Of a stretch of DNA of 64,000 nt, positions 51,067-59,341 are shown piece by piece. The stretch is from an uncultured SAR86 cluster bacterium (GTDB lineage: Bacteria > Pseudomonadota > Gammaproteobacteria > Magnimaribacterales > D2472), in NCBI GenBank assembly GCA_902583575.1, contig CACHWY010000005.1, forward strand, positions 16,564-80,563, read 5' to 3'. How positions within the stretch are numbered: position 1 is the stretch's first letter; every line of letters starts with the position of its first letter. The notes beneath the pieces were generated by a model that saw nothing but the letters and a program-made list of their open reading frames with translations, was not told the DNA's origin and did no database searches. Position numbers and translations under genes: made by a program.

Positions 51067-51256
51067 ACAGAAATTAGAAATTATCCCTGTCAAAAGATAA
51101 CTCCTTCGTTTCCTGATGTTATATATATATTGATAGGACCACCTCCATGTTCAGGGTAGAAATAGAATATTCATAAGTCCCCTTAAAAAACTTATAAATA
51201 AGACACCTATTTAAATTATATACAGAATGATTATTAAATAAAGTAGATAAATAATA

Positions 51257-51475
51257 CTAAAATGCAAATTCTAATTGTGGCTTTTCTTTAACATTTTTAA
51301 TAACTTTTTGTTTTTCTTTCTCAGATAAATTATTTTTGTTTAAATAATTATCCAACATATCCAAATCATTATTAAAATGTTTAAAAGCTAGCATTCTTTT
51401 TGCAGATTCTTTATCAACTGAATTATCCAATTCTTGTAATATTGGATCTTTATTAATGTAGATTATTTTATTCAT
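51257..51475 (-). CDS. small hydrophilic protein under a LexA box, possibly YebG-like
   Basis: 72 aa and K/E/N-rich. The segment DLDMLDNYLNK resembles E. coli YebG DLLDTWLTN, but the similarity is weak overall. There is no Shine-Dalgarno sequence. Confidence 0.55.
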   Translation of the reverse strand: MNKIIYINKDPILQELDNSVDKESAKRMLAFKHFNNDLDMLDNYLNKNNLSEKEKQKVIKNVKEKPQLEFAF

Positions 51476-51481
51476 AAATTT

Positions 51482-51510
51482 ATTATACTGTATAAATATA
51501 CAGTAGTAAA
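51482..51510 (-). promoter_or_regulatory. sigma70-like promoter overlapped by the LexA box
   Basis: The minus strand reads TTTACT (-35), a 17-nt spacer that is the body of the LexA box, then TATAAT (-10), AAATTT and ATG. The A of the start codon is the 7th nt after the -10, which implies a leaderless mRNA. Confidence 0.5.
51486..51505 (-). promoter_or_regulatory. LexA (SOS) box
   Basis: TACTGTATAAATATACAGTA matches the gammaproteobacterial consensus TACTG(TA)5CAGTA with both CTG/CAG arms intact. It is the only CTGT-N8-ACAG site I found in the window. Confidence 0.8.
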
Positions 51511-51513
51511 GTA

Positions 51514-52125
51514 TTACTTATTATCAGGTGAAATAATCAATCTTGTATCAACTAAGGTTGTGAAAATAATCCATATTGCGAGCATCACTGATAAGGATCC
51601 TAATATATCTCCAATAAAGAATCTTAATACTGTAATAACTTCTATTGTTACATTAGGATTTATTGCTGTAATAATTGAGTTGGCAAGCAGGCCGTTAATT
51701 AATGCTGAAATAATAATTACTAGAATTATAAATTTATAGTTTTTAAAGTTAATAGGTTTAAAGAAAGAAAACGTACCATTGGCTGCTTTACTCCATTTTA
51801 TCAATTCAACAGCAATGACTACAGAAAAAACTGAGCCTATAGCTGCTACACTCCAACCATCAATATAATCATTTGGCCCAACAAGAACAGGGCTAGTTAT
51901 TTCAGCTAAATATAGTGCAGGTATTGAGTAATATCTAAAAAAACAAAACATTAATACTCTTACGCCATGTGGTAAATAACATACACTTCCAAGCCATTCA
52001 TTATTTGGATTAAGATTAGCTAAATCTAAGACTTGTAAGTAAGACCAAACTGCATAAATTAAAGTATAAAAAATATATACAGTGATTGAAACTTTAAAAA
52101 AATGAAATATACGTTCATTTAACAT
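51514..52125 (-). CDS. polytopic membrane protein, unknown function
   Basis: 203 aa with about 5-6 TM segments and the motif YLPHGVRVLMFCFF. I cannot assign a family. Confidence 0.55.
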   Translation of the reverse strand: MLNERIFHFFKVSITVYIFYTLIYAVWSYLQVLDLANLNPNNEWLGSVCYLPHGVRVLMFCFFRYYSIPALYLAEITSPVLVGPNDYIDGWSVAAIGSVFSVVIAVELIKWSKAANGTFSFFKPINFKNYKFIILVIIISALINGLLANSIITAINPNVTIEVITVLRFFIGDILGSLSVMLAIWIIFTTLVDTRLIISPDNK

Positions 52126-52164
52126 AATGAATTATTCCTTGGTAATTAATATAAATACTTAAAT

Positions 52165-52470
52165 TTATGTAGCTAGTATTAAATTAAACTCCCTTTTATC
52201 ATTAATCGACTGTTTTAGAATGACCATATTTTCAGATTCAAATTTTTTTATTGTTTTATATACGGTTGATCGAGAATATCCAGATTTTTTAATCACGTCG
52301 GTAATATTACAATCACCAGTATTAGAGATTTCCATTGCAATCGTATAATAAATTTTCTTCTCGTTTTCTTTGAAATTAATTAAATTAAGATCCTTTTCAA
52401 TATTTAATAACATCCGAAGTATGTCAGTTAGATCGTTTGTATATTTAGAATTCATGAATTGATAATACAT
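52165..52470 (-). CDS. small winged-helix (MarR-like) DNA-binding protein
   Basis: 101 aa. ITDVIKKSGYSRSTVYKTIKKFESENMV looks like an HTH recognition helix plus wing. It lies 39 nt upstream of the membrane protein gene. Confidence 0.55.
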   Translation of the reverse strand: MYYQFMNSKYTNDLTDILRMLLNIEKDLNLINFKENEKKIYYTIAMEISNTGDCNITDVIKKSGYSRSTVYKTIKKFESENMVILKQSINDKREFNLILAT

Positions 52471-52481
52471 ACAAAGATATT

Positions 52482-52510
52482 TTCAGACAAGTTTTTTTTG
52501 GCAGTATAAT
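52482..52510 (+). promoter_or_regulatory. candidate promoter of tRNA-Ser
   Basis: TTCAGA, a 17-nt spacer, then TATAAT (52505-52510), 11 nt before the mature tRNA 5' end. AT-rich hexamers are common here, so confidence is low. Confidence 0.3.
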
Positions 52511-52521
52511 TATGTTCATAT

Positions 52522-52606
52522 GGAAGGTTGGCAGAGCGGTAATGCAGCACCTTGGAAAGGTGTCGTCGGCAACGACGCGGGGGTTCGATTCCCTCACCTT
52601 CCGCCA
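52522..52606 (+). tRNA. tRNA-Ser (anticodon GGA)
   Basis: 85 nt with acceptor GGAAGGT/ACCTTCC, anticodon loop TTGGAAA, the long variable arm GTCGTCGGCAACGACG, T-loop GGTTCGATTCC and encoded CCA. Confidence 0.92.
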
Positions 52607-52618
52607 TATCAAATTTTA

Positions 52619-53338
52619 TTACTGGTTAAATTCTCTAAAATTTAGAAATAATATTTTTGTATTTGTTCCTCTTATAGGATTAATATCTATTCCACCCCTT
52701 CTTTGAAATCTCCCACATATTTCTAAATGATTACAATTATATTTATTTGAAATTTCTAAAAAAATATCATCAATGCATTGTTCATGGAAATGTCCTTTAT
52801 TCTGAAATGAAATTAAATAATTTATAAGCCATACTGTATTAATAGGGGTATCGCAATATATATAGATATTTGCAAAATCTGGTTGAGAAGTAACAGGACA
52901 TATAGATCTAAAACCATTAAATTTTAGGATTCTATTTATTTTAGTTTTATCATTTTTATAATTATTTAAATTTATTGATGATGGTTCTTGATTAAACTTT
53001 TTGATAATTCTTAATTTTATTTTTGCATTCAACAACCCTTCTAAATCTTTTTTAATTTGTTGAATGACAGTCTTATCAGATTTAAATGATTGATTGTAGA
53101 AACCGTTTAAATACAATTTCATCGATTTTGATTCAATAGTAAATAAACTAGTTGATGGAATTTTTATTTCTAAGACTTTTAAAGATGGTAAATCATTATT
53201 TAAATATAAAAAATCATAAACATTCCATATATCAGTCCCATACTTAATATCTGATATATTTCTTTTTATTTTTTCTAATAACTTTATACCTTTTAGTTTT
53301 AATTTTGATGTATCTTTTCCTAGTACCTTTGTCTTCAA
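52619..53338 (-). CDS. queF: NADPH-dependent 7-cyano-7-deazaguanine reductase QueF
   Basis: Shows the QueF motif ESKSMKLYLNGF, the catalytic Cys context SICPVTSQPDFA and HFHEQC. Confidence 0.87.
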   Translation of the reverse strand: MKTKVLGKDTSKLKLKGIKLLEKIKRNISDIKYGTDIWNVYDFLYLNNDLPSLKVLEIKIPSTSLFTIESKSMKLYLNGFYNQSFKSDKTVIQQIKKDLEGLLNAKIKLRIIKKFNQEPSSINLNNYKNDKTKINRILKFNGFRSICPVTSQPDFANIYIYCDTPINTVWLINYLISFQNKGHFHEQCIDDIFLEISNKYNCNHLEICGRFQRRGGIDINPIRGTNTKILFLNFREFNQ

Positions 53339-54120
53339 TCTCTAATTCCTGTTCCCTTTTTAAGTAAATGCAAAGAAAAAGTAGTAAATATGAGTATAAA
53401 GATACCTATCATCGATAAAGAAAAAGTTATTGAAACATCGCTAATGCCTAACATGCCTTCTCTAAAAGTATTAACAACATATAACATTGGATTTGCCATA
53501 GATATAGATCTCCAGATATCAGGCAAAATATTAATTGAATAAAAGACACCTCCTAAATATATTAAAGGTGTTAAAACAAATGTTGGTATGACAGAAATAT
53601 CATCAAAACTGTCAGCATAAACTGCATTAATGAAGCCCATAAGTGAAAATAATATTGCTGTAAGAAATAATACCAAAATAGTTAATGGCAAATTTGCAAT
53701 TTGAAAATCTGGGTAAAAGAATAAGCTTACAGAAAATACTATAACTCCAACTATAACTCCTCTACAAACACCACCAACAATGAATCCCAATAAAATACCC
53801 CAGTTTGGCATTGGAGATATTAATAATTCCTCAATTGATTTTTGAAATTTTACGCCATAAAAAGATGAAACAACATTTGCATAAGCATTTGTAATTACAG
53901 ACATCATAATTAATCCTGGAATCATAAATTGAATATAATCAAAGCCATCCATTTCACCTATTCTTGGTCCAATCAGAGATCCAAAAATAATAAAATATAA
54001 TGACATCGTTATAGCTGGAGGTAATAACGTCTGTTTCCAGATTCTGATAAATCTTCTAACTTCTTTTGAGATTAAGGTCCAAATAGTAATTGCTATAACT
54101 TTTTTATTTATTTCTCTCAT
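53335..54120 (-). CDS. ABC-2 type transporter permease (YadH-like)
   Basis: 261 aa with 6 TM segments, directly after the ABC ATPase (1-nt gap). Confidence 0.86.
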   Translation of the reverse strand: MREINKKVIAITIWTLISKEVRRFIRIWKQTLLPPAITMSLYFIIFGSLIGPRIGEMDGFDYIQFMIPGLIMMSVITNAYANVVSSFYGVKFQKSIEELLISPMPNWGILLGFIVGGVCRGVIVGVIVFSVSLFFYPDFQIANLPLTILVLFLTAILFSLMGFINAVYADSFDDISVIPTFVLTPLIYLGGVFYSINILPDIWRSISMANPMLYVVNTFREGMLGISDVSITFSLSMIGIFILIFTTFSLHLLKKGTGIRD

Positions 54121-54121
54121 A

Positions 54122-55036
54122 TTATTTTTTTATCATGTCTATAAATAATTCTTCTAATCTATTTGATTCATTTCTCATAGATTTGATCTTGATATCATGA
54201 TTATTAAGTTCATCGAAAAGATTGTTAATAGATTTATCTTTATTTATGGCGGTAATCAAGGTCAATGAATCTTTTAATTTTAAAGGGAATCCATCTATAG
54301 ATGGCGCTTCTTCTAATGGATCCTCTAGATCAAGCACAAAACCTTGAACATCTAGTTTTCTTAAAAGTTCCTGCATGCTGCTATCAACAATGATCTCACC
54401 TTGATCAATAATTCCTATATTCCTACATAGTTGTTCTGCTTCTTCAAGATAATGTGTTGTTAATATAATAGTGGTGCCATTTTCATTAATTTCTTTAAGA
54501 AAATTCCACATCTCTCTTCTTAACTCTATATCAACTCCTGCTGTAGGTTCATCAAGTATGAGAAGTTTTGGTTCATGAATTAATGCTTTAGCTATCATTA
54601 ATCTTCTTTTATAACCACCTGATAATGTTCTAGCTTGTTCATCTCTTTGATCCCATAAACCTAATCTTTTTAAAACTGCTTCAACCCTCGGTTTTGATAC
54701 CGATCCAGTTATGCCGTAAAAACCTGCTTGTGTTGTCACAATATCAATAACTTTCTCAAATTGTGAAAAATTAATTTCTTGAGATACAACTCCAAGCATT
54801 GATTTTGCAATAGCCGGATCTTTATCCACGTCAATATCAAAAATTTTTACACTTCCAGATGTTTTTGTTACTAAAGTTCCAATTATTCCAATGGTTGAAG
54901 ACTTTCCGGCTCCATTAGGACCTAACAAAGCATAAAAATCACCCTCTTGTACTCTTAGAGATATTCCTTTAAGTGCTTCAGTGCCTCCAGAATATACTTT
55001 TTTGAGATTTTCTATTTCTAGTGCAAAACCAGCCAA
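54122..55036 (-). CDS. ABC transporter ATP-binding protein (YadG-like)
   Basis: Shows Walker A GPNGAGKSS, the signature LSGGYKRR and Walker B LLILDEPT. Confidence 0.92.
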   Translation of the reverse strand: MAGFALEIENLKKVYSGGTEALKGISLRVQEGDFYALLGPNGAGKSSTIGIIGTLVTKTSGSVKIFDIDVDKDPAIAKSMLGVVSQEINFSQFEKVIDIVTTQAGFYGITGSVSKPRVEAVLKRLGLWDQRDEQARTLSGGYKRRLMIAKALIHEPKLLILDEPTAGVDIELRREMWNFLKEINENGTTIILTTHYLEEAEQLCRNIGIIDQGEIIVDSSMQELLRKLDVQGFVLDLEDPLEEAPSIDGFPLKLKDSLTLITAINKDKSINNLFDELNNHDIKIKSMRNESNRLEELFIDMIKK

Positions 55037-55040
55037 AATA

Positions 55041-56390
55041 TTACTCGTGTTTCATATTATCGACTAATACGTAACTTAAAATTAGTCCAGTTAATATTCC
55101 TAACCACATGTACTCGCCTCCAAAAGCAATTAGAACAGCAGTAACAAGAGCAACCGCTTTTTCGGAATTTTTTACAGCTAGTGACATTGCAATATATGAA
55201 CATGCAAGACCAGTTAAAATAAGAGTTACTCCCAAAGCAACTATCATTAAGGGTTGCATAATATCAATAAATGGAACTACAAAAAATAAAAAAGGAATAC
55301 CCATCAAATAATACGAATGAATACCGTCAAATAATGATCCCATAGCCTCTCTTCCTTGTTTCCATCTTTCAACCACTACAACATGAACACCTGTCCATAA
55401 GGCACCTTGCGTGGGGAAAAAAGGATTAATGATAGCTCCGAGTGCATTTCTAATTCCTACACTATTGTGAGATCTATTTAAGTCTATATCTATTATTTCA
55501 TCAGGTCTTTTTTGTTGACCCTCTTTAATAACTTCTATAGCTGTAACAAAATCACCAAATAATAATAAATAACCAATAATTACTAAAGGTAAAACCTCTA
55601 GATACATTTCAGTCGGTGGAAAACCAATCGACAATGGTGAGGTTTGTAGATATACATCTTTTACAGCTGGAGCGGCCAAACCCCATTCTATATTCCAAGT
55701 AATTTCACCTGTGAAGTAACCAACGATTGCTGCAACTATGAAACCAGGCAGTAAGCCCAAAGATCCAATAATGGCAAGAATTTTATTTTTTTGAGCCAAT
55801 CTTTTGAAAGGTTCTGAAAATGTTGTAATAGTACAAATTAATAATGCAGAAATCATAGAAATTGGTGCGTTACCAATATATCGATCAAAATCGCTGAAGA
55901 AGATTTGGTAAAAGGCAGCCAAAGCAGCACCTAAAATGATTCCAGATTTAAGACCATTTGGTACTTTTTCTACAATTAGTTTGCCAATACCTGTTAATCC
56001 TAATATCAAGACAAGAAAAGTAAACTCAATTGCCATAGCAGACATGTAATGAAATGTCTCAACTCGATAAACTCCATCAAACATACCTTTTGTCATAAAA
56101 AATGCTATGACTAGTGGTAAAGCTGGAGTTATCCATCCAGAAGCCATTGGCTCGCCGAAGATAATTGGACTTGAAGTAATTAAAACACTAGCTATAAAAC
56201 AAACAGCAATTGCTTCATCTAATGATAATCCTAATGCTATTCCAATAGGCGCCGCCGCAAGAGCAGTTGCGCCTGATATGACTAAACCTTGAAGAAATTC
56301 TGCGGTCAATAATTTAGTATGAATGAAGGGAATCCGTAATGTAAATGGACCCCATTTTATTCCGTTTTTATTCATATTTTCTCCCCACAA
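55041..56390 (-). CDS. uncharacterised permease-like membrane protein (about 12-13 TM)
   Basis: A 449-aa hydrophobic protein with no family motif I can name with confidence. It abuts the VWA gene with no gap. The start could be the ATG at 56375. Confidence 0.6.
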   Translation of the reverse strand: MWGENMNKNGIKWGPFTLRIPFIHTKLLTAEFLQGLVISGATALAAAPIGIALGLSLDEAIAVCFIASVLITSSPIIFGEPMASGWITPALPLVIAFFMTKGMFDGVYRVETFHYMSAMAIEFTFLVLILGLTGIGKLIVEKVPNGLKSGIILGAALAAFYQIFFSDFDRYIGNAPISMISALLICTITTFSEPFKRLAQKNKILAIIGSLGLLPGFIVAAIVGYFTGEITWNIEWGLAAPAVKDVYLQTSPLSIGFPPTEMYLEVLPLVIIGYLLLFGDFVTAIEVIKEGQQKRPDEIIDIDLNRSHNSVGIRNALGAIINPFFPTQGALWTGVHVVVVERWKQGREAMGSLFDGIHSYYLMGIPFLFFVVPFIDIMQPLMIVALGVTLILTGLACSYIAMSLAVKNSEKAVALVTAVLIAFGGEYMWLGILTGLILSYVLVDNMKHE

Positions 56391-57566
56391 TCATTTTGAT
56401 AATTCTGCCATACCCTCTTCCAAACCTTTAAGTGTTAAAGGATACATTCTATTTTCAAATAATTCTTTAATAATACATATAGATGACGTGTAATCCCAGT
56501 GATCGTCAGGCACTGGGTTTAGCCATGCCATATTTTCAAAATGATCAGATAGTCTTTTTATCCATACATGGCCAGCTTCTTCATTCCAATGTTCTATGCT
56601 ACCACCTGCATTTGTTATTTCATACGGAGCCATTGTTGCATCGCCAACTACAATAACTTTATAGTCAGACTGAAATTTATTAATTATATCTTGAACTAAG
56701 AATCTTTCTTGTGATCGTCTTCTATTATCTTTCCAAACAGATTCATAAATACAATTATGAAAATAAAAATATTCTAGATTCTTAAATTCTGTTTTTATGG
56801 CTGAAAAAAGTTCCTCACATAATTTAACATAAGGATCCATAGAGCCACCAACATCAAATAATACTATTACTTTTACTGAATTTAGTCTTTCTGGGACCAT
56901 CTTGATATCTAAGTATCCAGCATTTTTTGCAGTTGATTTGATAGTGTCATCCATATCTAACTCAAGGTCATTTCCTTGTCTTGCAAATTTTCTTAAACGT
57001 CTTAACGCCATCTTTATATCTCTAGTACCAATGATGACTGAATCGTCTAAATTAGAGTATTGTCTCTGCTCCCATATTTTTACAGCCTTTTTTTGACCAC
57101 CTGGACCACCAATACGTATTCCTTCAGGATTTTGACCTCCATGGCCATATGGAGATGTACCATTCGTGCCTACCCATTTATTACCGCCCTCATGACGTTC
57201 TTTTTGTTCTTCAAGACGTTTTTTAAATTCTTCCAATAATTTCTCTAGTCCGCCTAAAGATTGAATTTTTTTTAGTTCTTCTGGGTCTAGTTCTTTCTCA
57301 AAGGCTTTCCTGAGCCAATCTTCAGGTATTAGAGCTTGGAATACATCTTCTAATTTTTCTATACCTTTAAAATAGATATCAAAGGCTTTATCAAATTTAT
57401 CATAATACTTTTCATCTTTTACTAGCGTTGCTCTAGACAAGTAATAAAAATCATCAAGATCTGCATAAACTAATTGATTCTCAAGCGCTCCTAATAAATC
57501 CAATAACTCTCTTAGTGTGCATGGGACACCAGCAGATCTTATAGTTTGAAATAAATTAATTAGCAT
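56391..57566 (-). CDS. CoxE-like von Willebrand factor A domain protein
   Basis: 391 aa with a Gly-rich central linker, then a VWA core with a MIDAS-like LFDVGGSMD. It directly follows a MoxR ATPase, which is the classic CoxD/CoxE-type pairing. Confidence 0.82.
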   Translation of the reverse strand: MLINLFQTIRSAGVPCTLRELLDLLGALENQLVYADLDDFYYLSRATLVKDEKYYDKFDKAFDIYFKGIEKLEDVFQALIPEDWLRKAFEKELDPEELKKIQSLGGLEKLLEEFKKRLEEQKERHEGGNKWVGTNGTSPYGHGGQNPEGIRIGGPGGQKKAVKIWEQRQYSNLDDSVIIGTRDIKMALRRLRKFARQGNDLELDMDDTIKSTAKNAGYLDIKMVPERLNSVKVIVLFDVGGSMDPYVKLCEELFSAIKTEFKNLEYFYFHNCIYESVWKDNRRRSQERFLVQDIINKFQSDYKVIVVGDATMAPYEITNAGGSIEHWNEEAGHVWIKRLSDHFENMAWLNPVPDDHWDYTSSICIIKELFENRMYPLTLKGLEEGMAELSK

Positions 57567-58418
57567 TTATTTTGAATTTGCTTCTCTTCTTGACATAAAT
57601 GCAAGCCTTTCAAGCAATTGAACATCTTGTTCATTCTTTAATAAAGCTCCATACAACGGTGGTATTGCTTTTGAAGAGTCTGCATTTTTTAATATTTCAT
57701 CAGGCATATCATCTGATAATAGTAATTTTAACCAATCAATTAGTTCAGAGGTTGATGGTTTTTTCTTTAAACCGGGTATTTTTCTTAAATCAAAAAATAT
57801 TTCTAAAGCGTCCTTAACTAATTTCTTTTTAATTTTTGGATAATGAACAGAAACAATCTTATTCATAGTCTCTCTATCTGGAAATTGAATGTAATGAAAA
57901 AAACATCTTCTTAAAAATGCATCAGGTAGTTCTTTTTCATTATTTGAGGTCATGATTATTAATGGTCTATGTTTAGCTTTAATAGTTTCACCAGTTTCAT
58001 AACAAAAGAATTCCATTCTATCTAACTCTTGAAGAAGGTCGTTTGGGAACTCAATGTCTGCTTTATCAATCTCATCTATTAATAAAACTACTTGTTTTTC
58101 TGATGTAAAAGCATCCCATAGTTTTCCTTTTTTTATATAGTTAGATATATCTTTTACCCTTTCATCGCCTAATTGCGAATCCCTTAAACGAGTTACAGCA
58201 TCATATTCATATAATCCTTGTGATGCTTTGGTGGTAGATTTGATATGCCATTCAATTAAATCCATATTTAGGGCATTAGCAACCTCTATAGCTAGTAATG
58301 TTTTGCCTGTACCTGGTTCACCTTTGACCAGCAAAGGCCTTTCTAGGGATTTAGCTGCATTAACTGCCATACTTAAATCTTCGGTTGATATATAGTTCTT
58401 GGTACCTTTAAATTGCAT
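57567..58418 (-). CDS. MoxR-family AAA+ ATPase (CoxD-like)
   Basis: 283 aa with Walker A GEPGTGKT, Walker B LLIDEIDKA and the sensor region LPDAFLRRC. Confidence 0.9.
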   Translation of the reverse strand: MQFKGTKNYISTEDLSMAVNAAKSLERPLLVKGEPGTGKTLLAIEVANALNMDLIEWHIKSTTKASQGLYEYDAVTRLRDSQLGDERVKDISNYIKKGKLWDAFTSEKQVVLLIDEIDKADIEFPNDLLQELDRMEFFCYETGETIKAKHRPLIIMTSNNEKELPDAFLRRCFFHYIQFPDRETMNKIVSVHYPKIKKKLVKDALEIFFDLRKIPGLKKKPSTSELIDWLKLLLSDDMPDEILKNADSSKAIPPLYGALLKNEQDVQLLERLAFMSRREANSK

Positions 58419-58441
58419 TTTTTTTCCTTTTAATCAATAAA

Positions 58442-59287
58442 TTAAGATATTTTTTCTTCTGACTTTAGTATTCTAGTTAGTTGACGGCTCGAAGCAACTA
58501 AATTTGCATCTAAATCCCAAATATTACAATCTTGTTCAAAATATCCCTTATTGATATCTGATGCTTTAAAGTCTGCATATAAAACTGATGTAGATGGCAT
58601 CTTTCTAATATGGGTTGTTAAAGTTATGGTTGGAATCCATCCTAATGGGCCGTATTTATTACAAACTACTGGAGGGAGAATATCTGAAAAAAAAGATAAA
58701 CAAAATTGATCTGGTACACCTCCTTTCATTTCTAAAAAAGCAGAACATCTTGCTTCATTATCTTTATTGCTAGAATCAGGTTCTCTATTCCACCATGCAT
58801 GATCTGGATGAATATCACATTCTAATTGTTGGATAAATGCTGGGGTAAAACCTTTAGAAATCTTATCGTAATTCATCTTTACATAATCATTTTTATCTTT
58901 ATCACTAAAAATACTAGGTAAAGGCTTTTGAAGATCATCATATCCTTTCATAAATTCAAAATCAGAACAAGTTCCAGTAAATGTAGTACGAATTTTATCG
59001 TCTTGAATTAACTTAACAATACCAGATGAACTGCCCTTGCTTACCTTAAAGGTTTCTACCTCAAGCTGAAAAGGTTTAGCATCAATTCTATCCAAATATT
59101 GTACAGATGAGCTTATAGCTGTTGAATGAGGTAGTATGCTTGTAAGAGCCTTGTGCATAACTGCCATTAAATATCCACCATGTGGTGTATTGCCTACAAA
59201 ATAATTAGTATCAGGATTAACTAAAAATACATTATCTTCAATATTCTCTAATCTTAGAGCGTGTTGAAATCTTTCAAATTGATTCAT
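58442..59287 (-). CDS. acyl-CoA thioesterase-like protein (double hot-dog, TesB-like)
   Basis: 281 aa. The N-terminal pattern FxVNPD..GNTPHGGYLMAV is typical of the thioesterase-like superfamily. This is a family-level call only. Confidence 0.62.
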   Translation of the reverse strand: MNQFERFQHALRLENIEDNVFLVNPDTNYFVGNTPHGGYLMAVMHKALTSILPHSTAISSSVQYLDRIDAKPFQLEVETFKVSKGSSSGIVKLIQDDKIRTTFTGTCSDFEFMKGYDDLQKPLPSIFSDKDKNDYVKMNYDKISKGFTPAFIQQLECDIHPDHAWWNREPDSSNKDNEARCSAFLEMKGGVPDQFCLSFFSDILPPVVCNKYGPLGWIPTITLTTHIRKMPSTSVLYADFKASDINKGYFEQDCNIWDLDANLVASSRQLTRILKSEEKIS

Positions 59288-59341
59288 GATAGGTTAATTT
59301 TAGTTCATAATTTATATTATTAGAAATTAATAAAGATAGAT

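Noticed and set aside
51055-51106. A 12-codon leader peptide (TTG start behind AAGGAG: MTGIISNFCLEI) as a classical amino-acid attenuator for the EamA gene.
   Set aside because: It has no run of regulatory codons and a non-ATG start. The surrounding hairpins are AT-rich and weak. I retain it only as part of the broader structured-leader finding.
44450-52606. The idea that the tRNA-flanked 44.4-52.6 kb region is an integrated genomic island or mobile element.
   Set aside because: I could find no integrase, recombinase, transposase or phage gene. There is no partial tRNA 3'-end direct repeat typical of att sites. The composition looks the same as the flanks by eye. I keep only the weaker statement that it is the most accessory-looking part of the window.
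52512-52706. A 64-aa plus-strand ORF from the ORF track.
   Set aside because: It is made up of the tRNA-Ser(GGA) gene and the antisense of the 3' end of queF, so it is an artefact of ORF calling.
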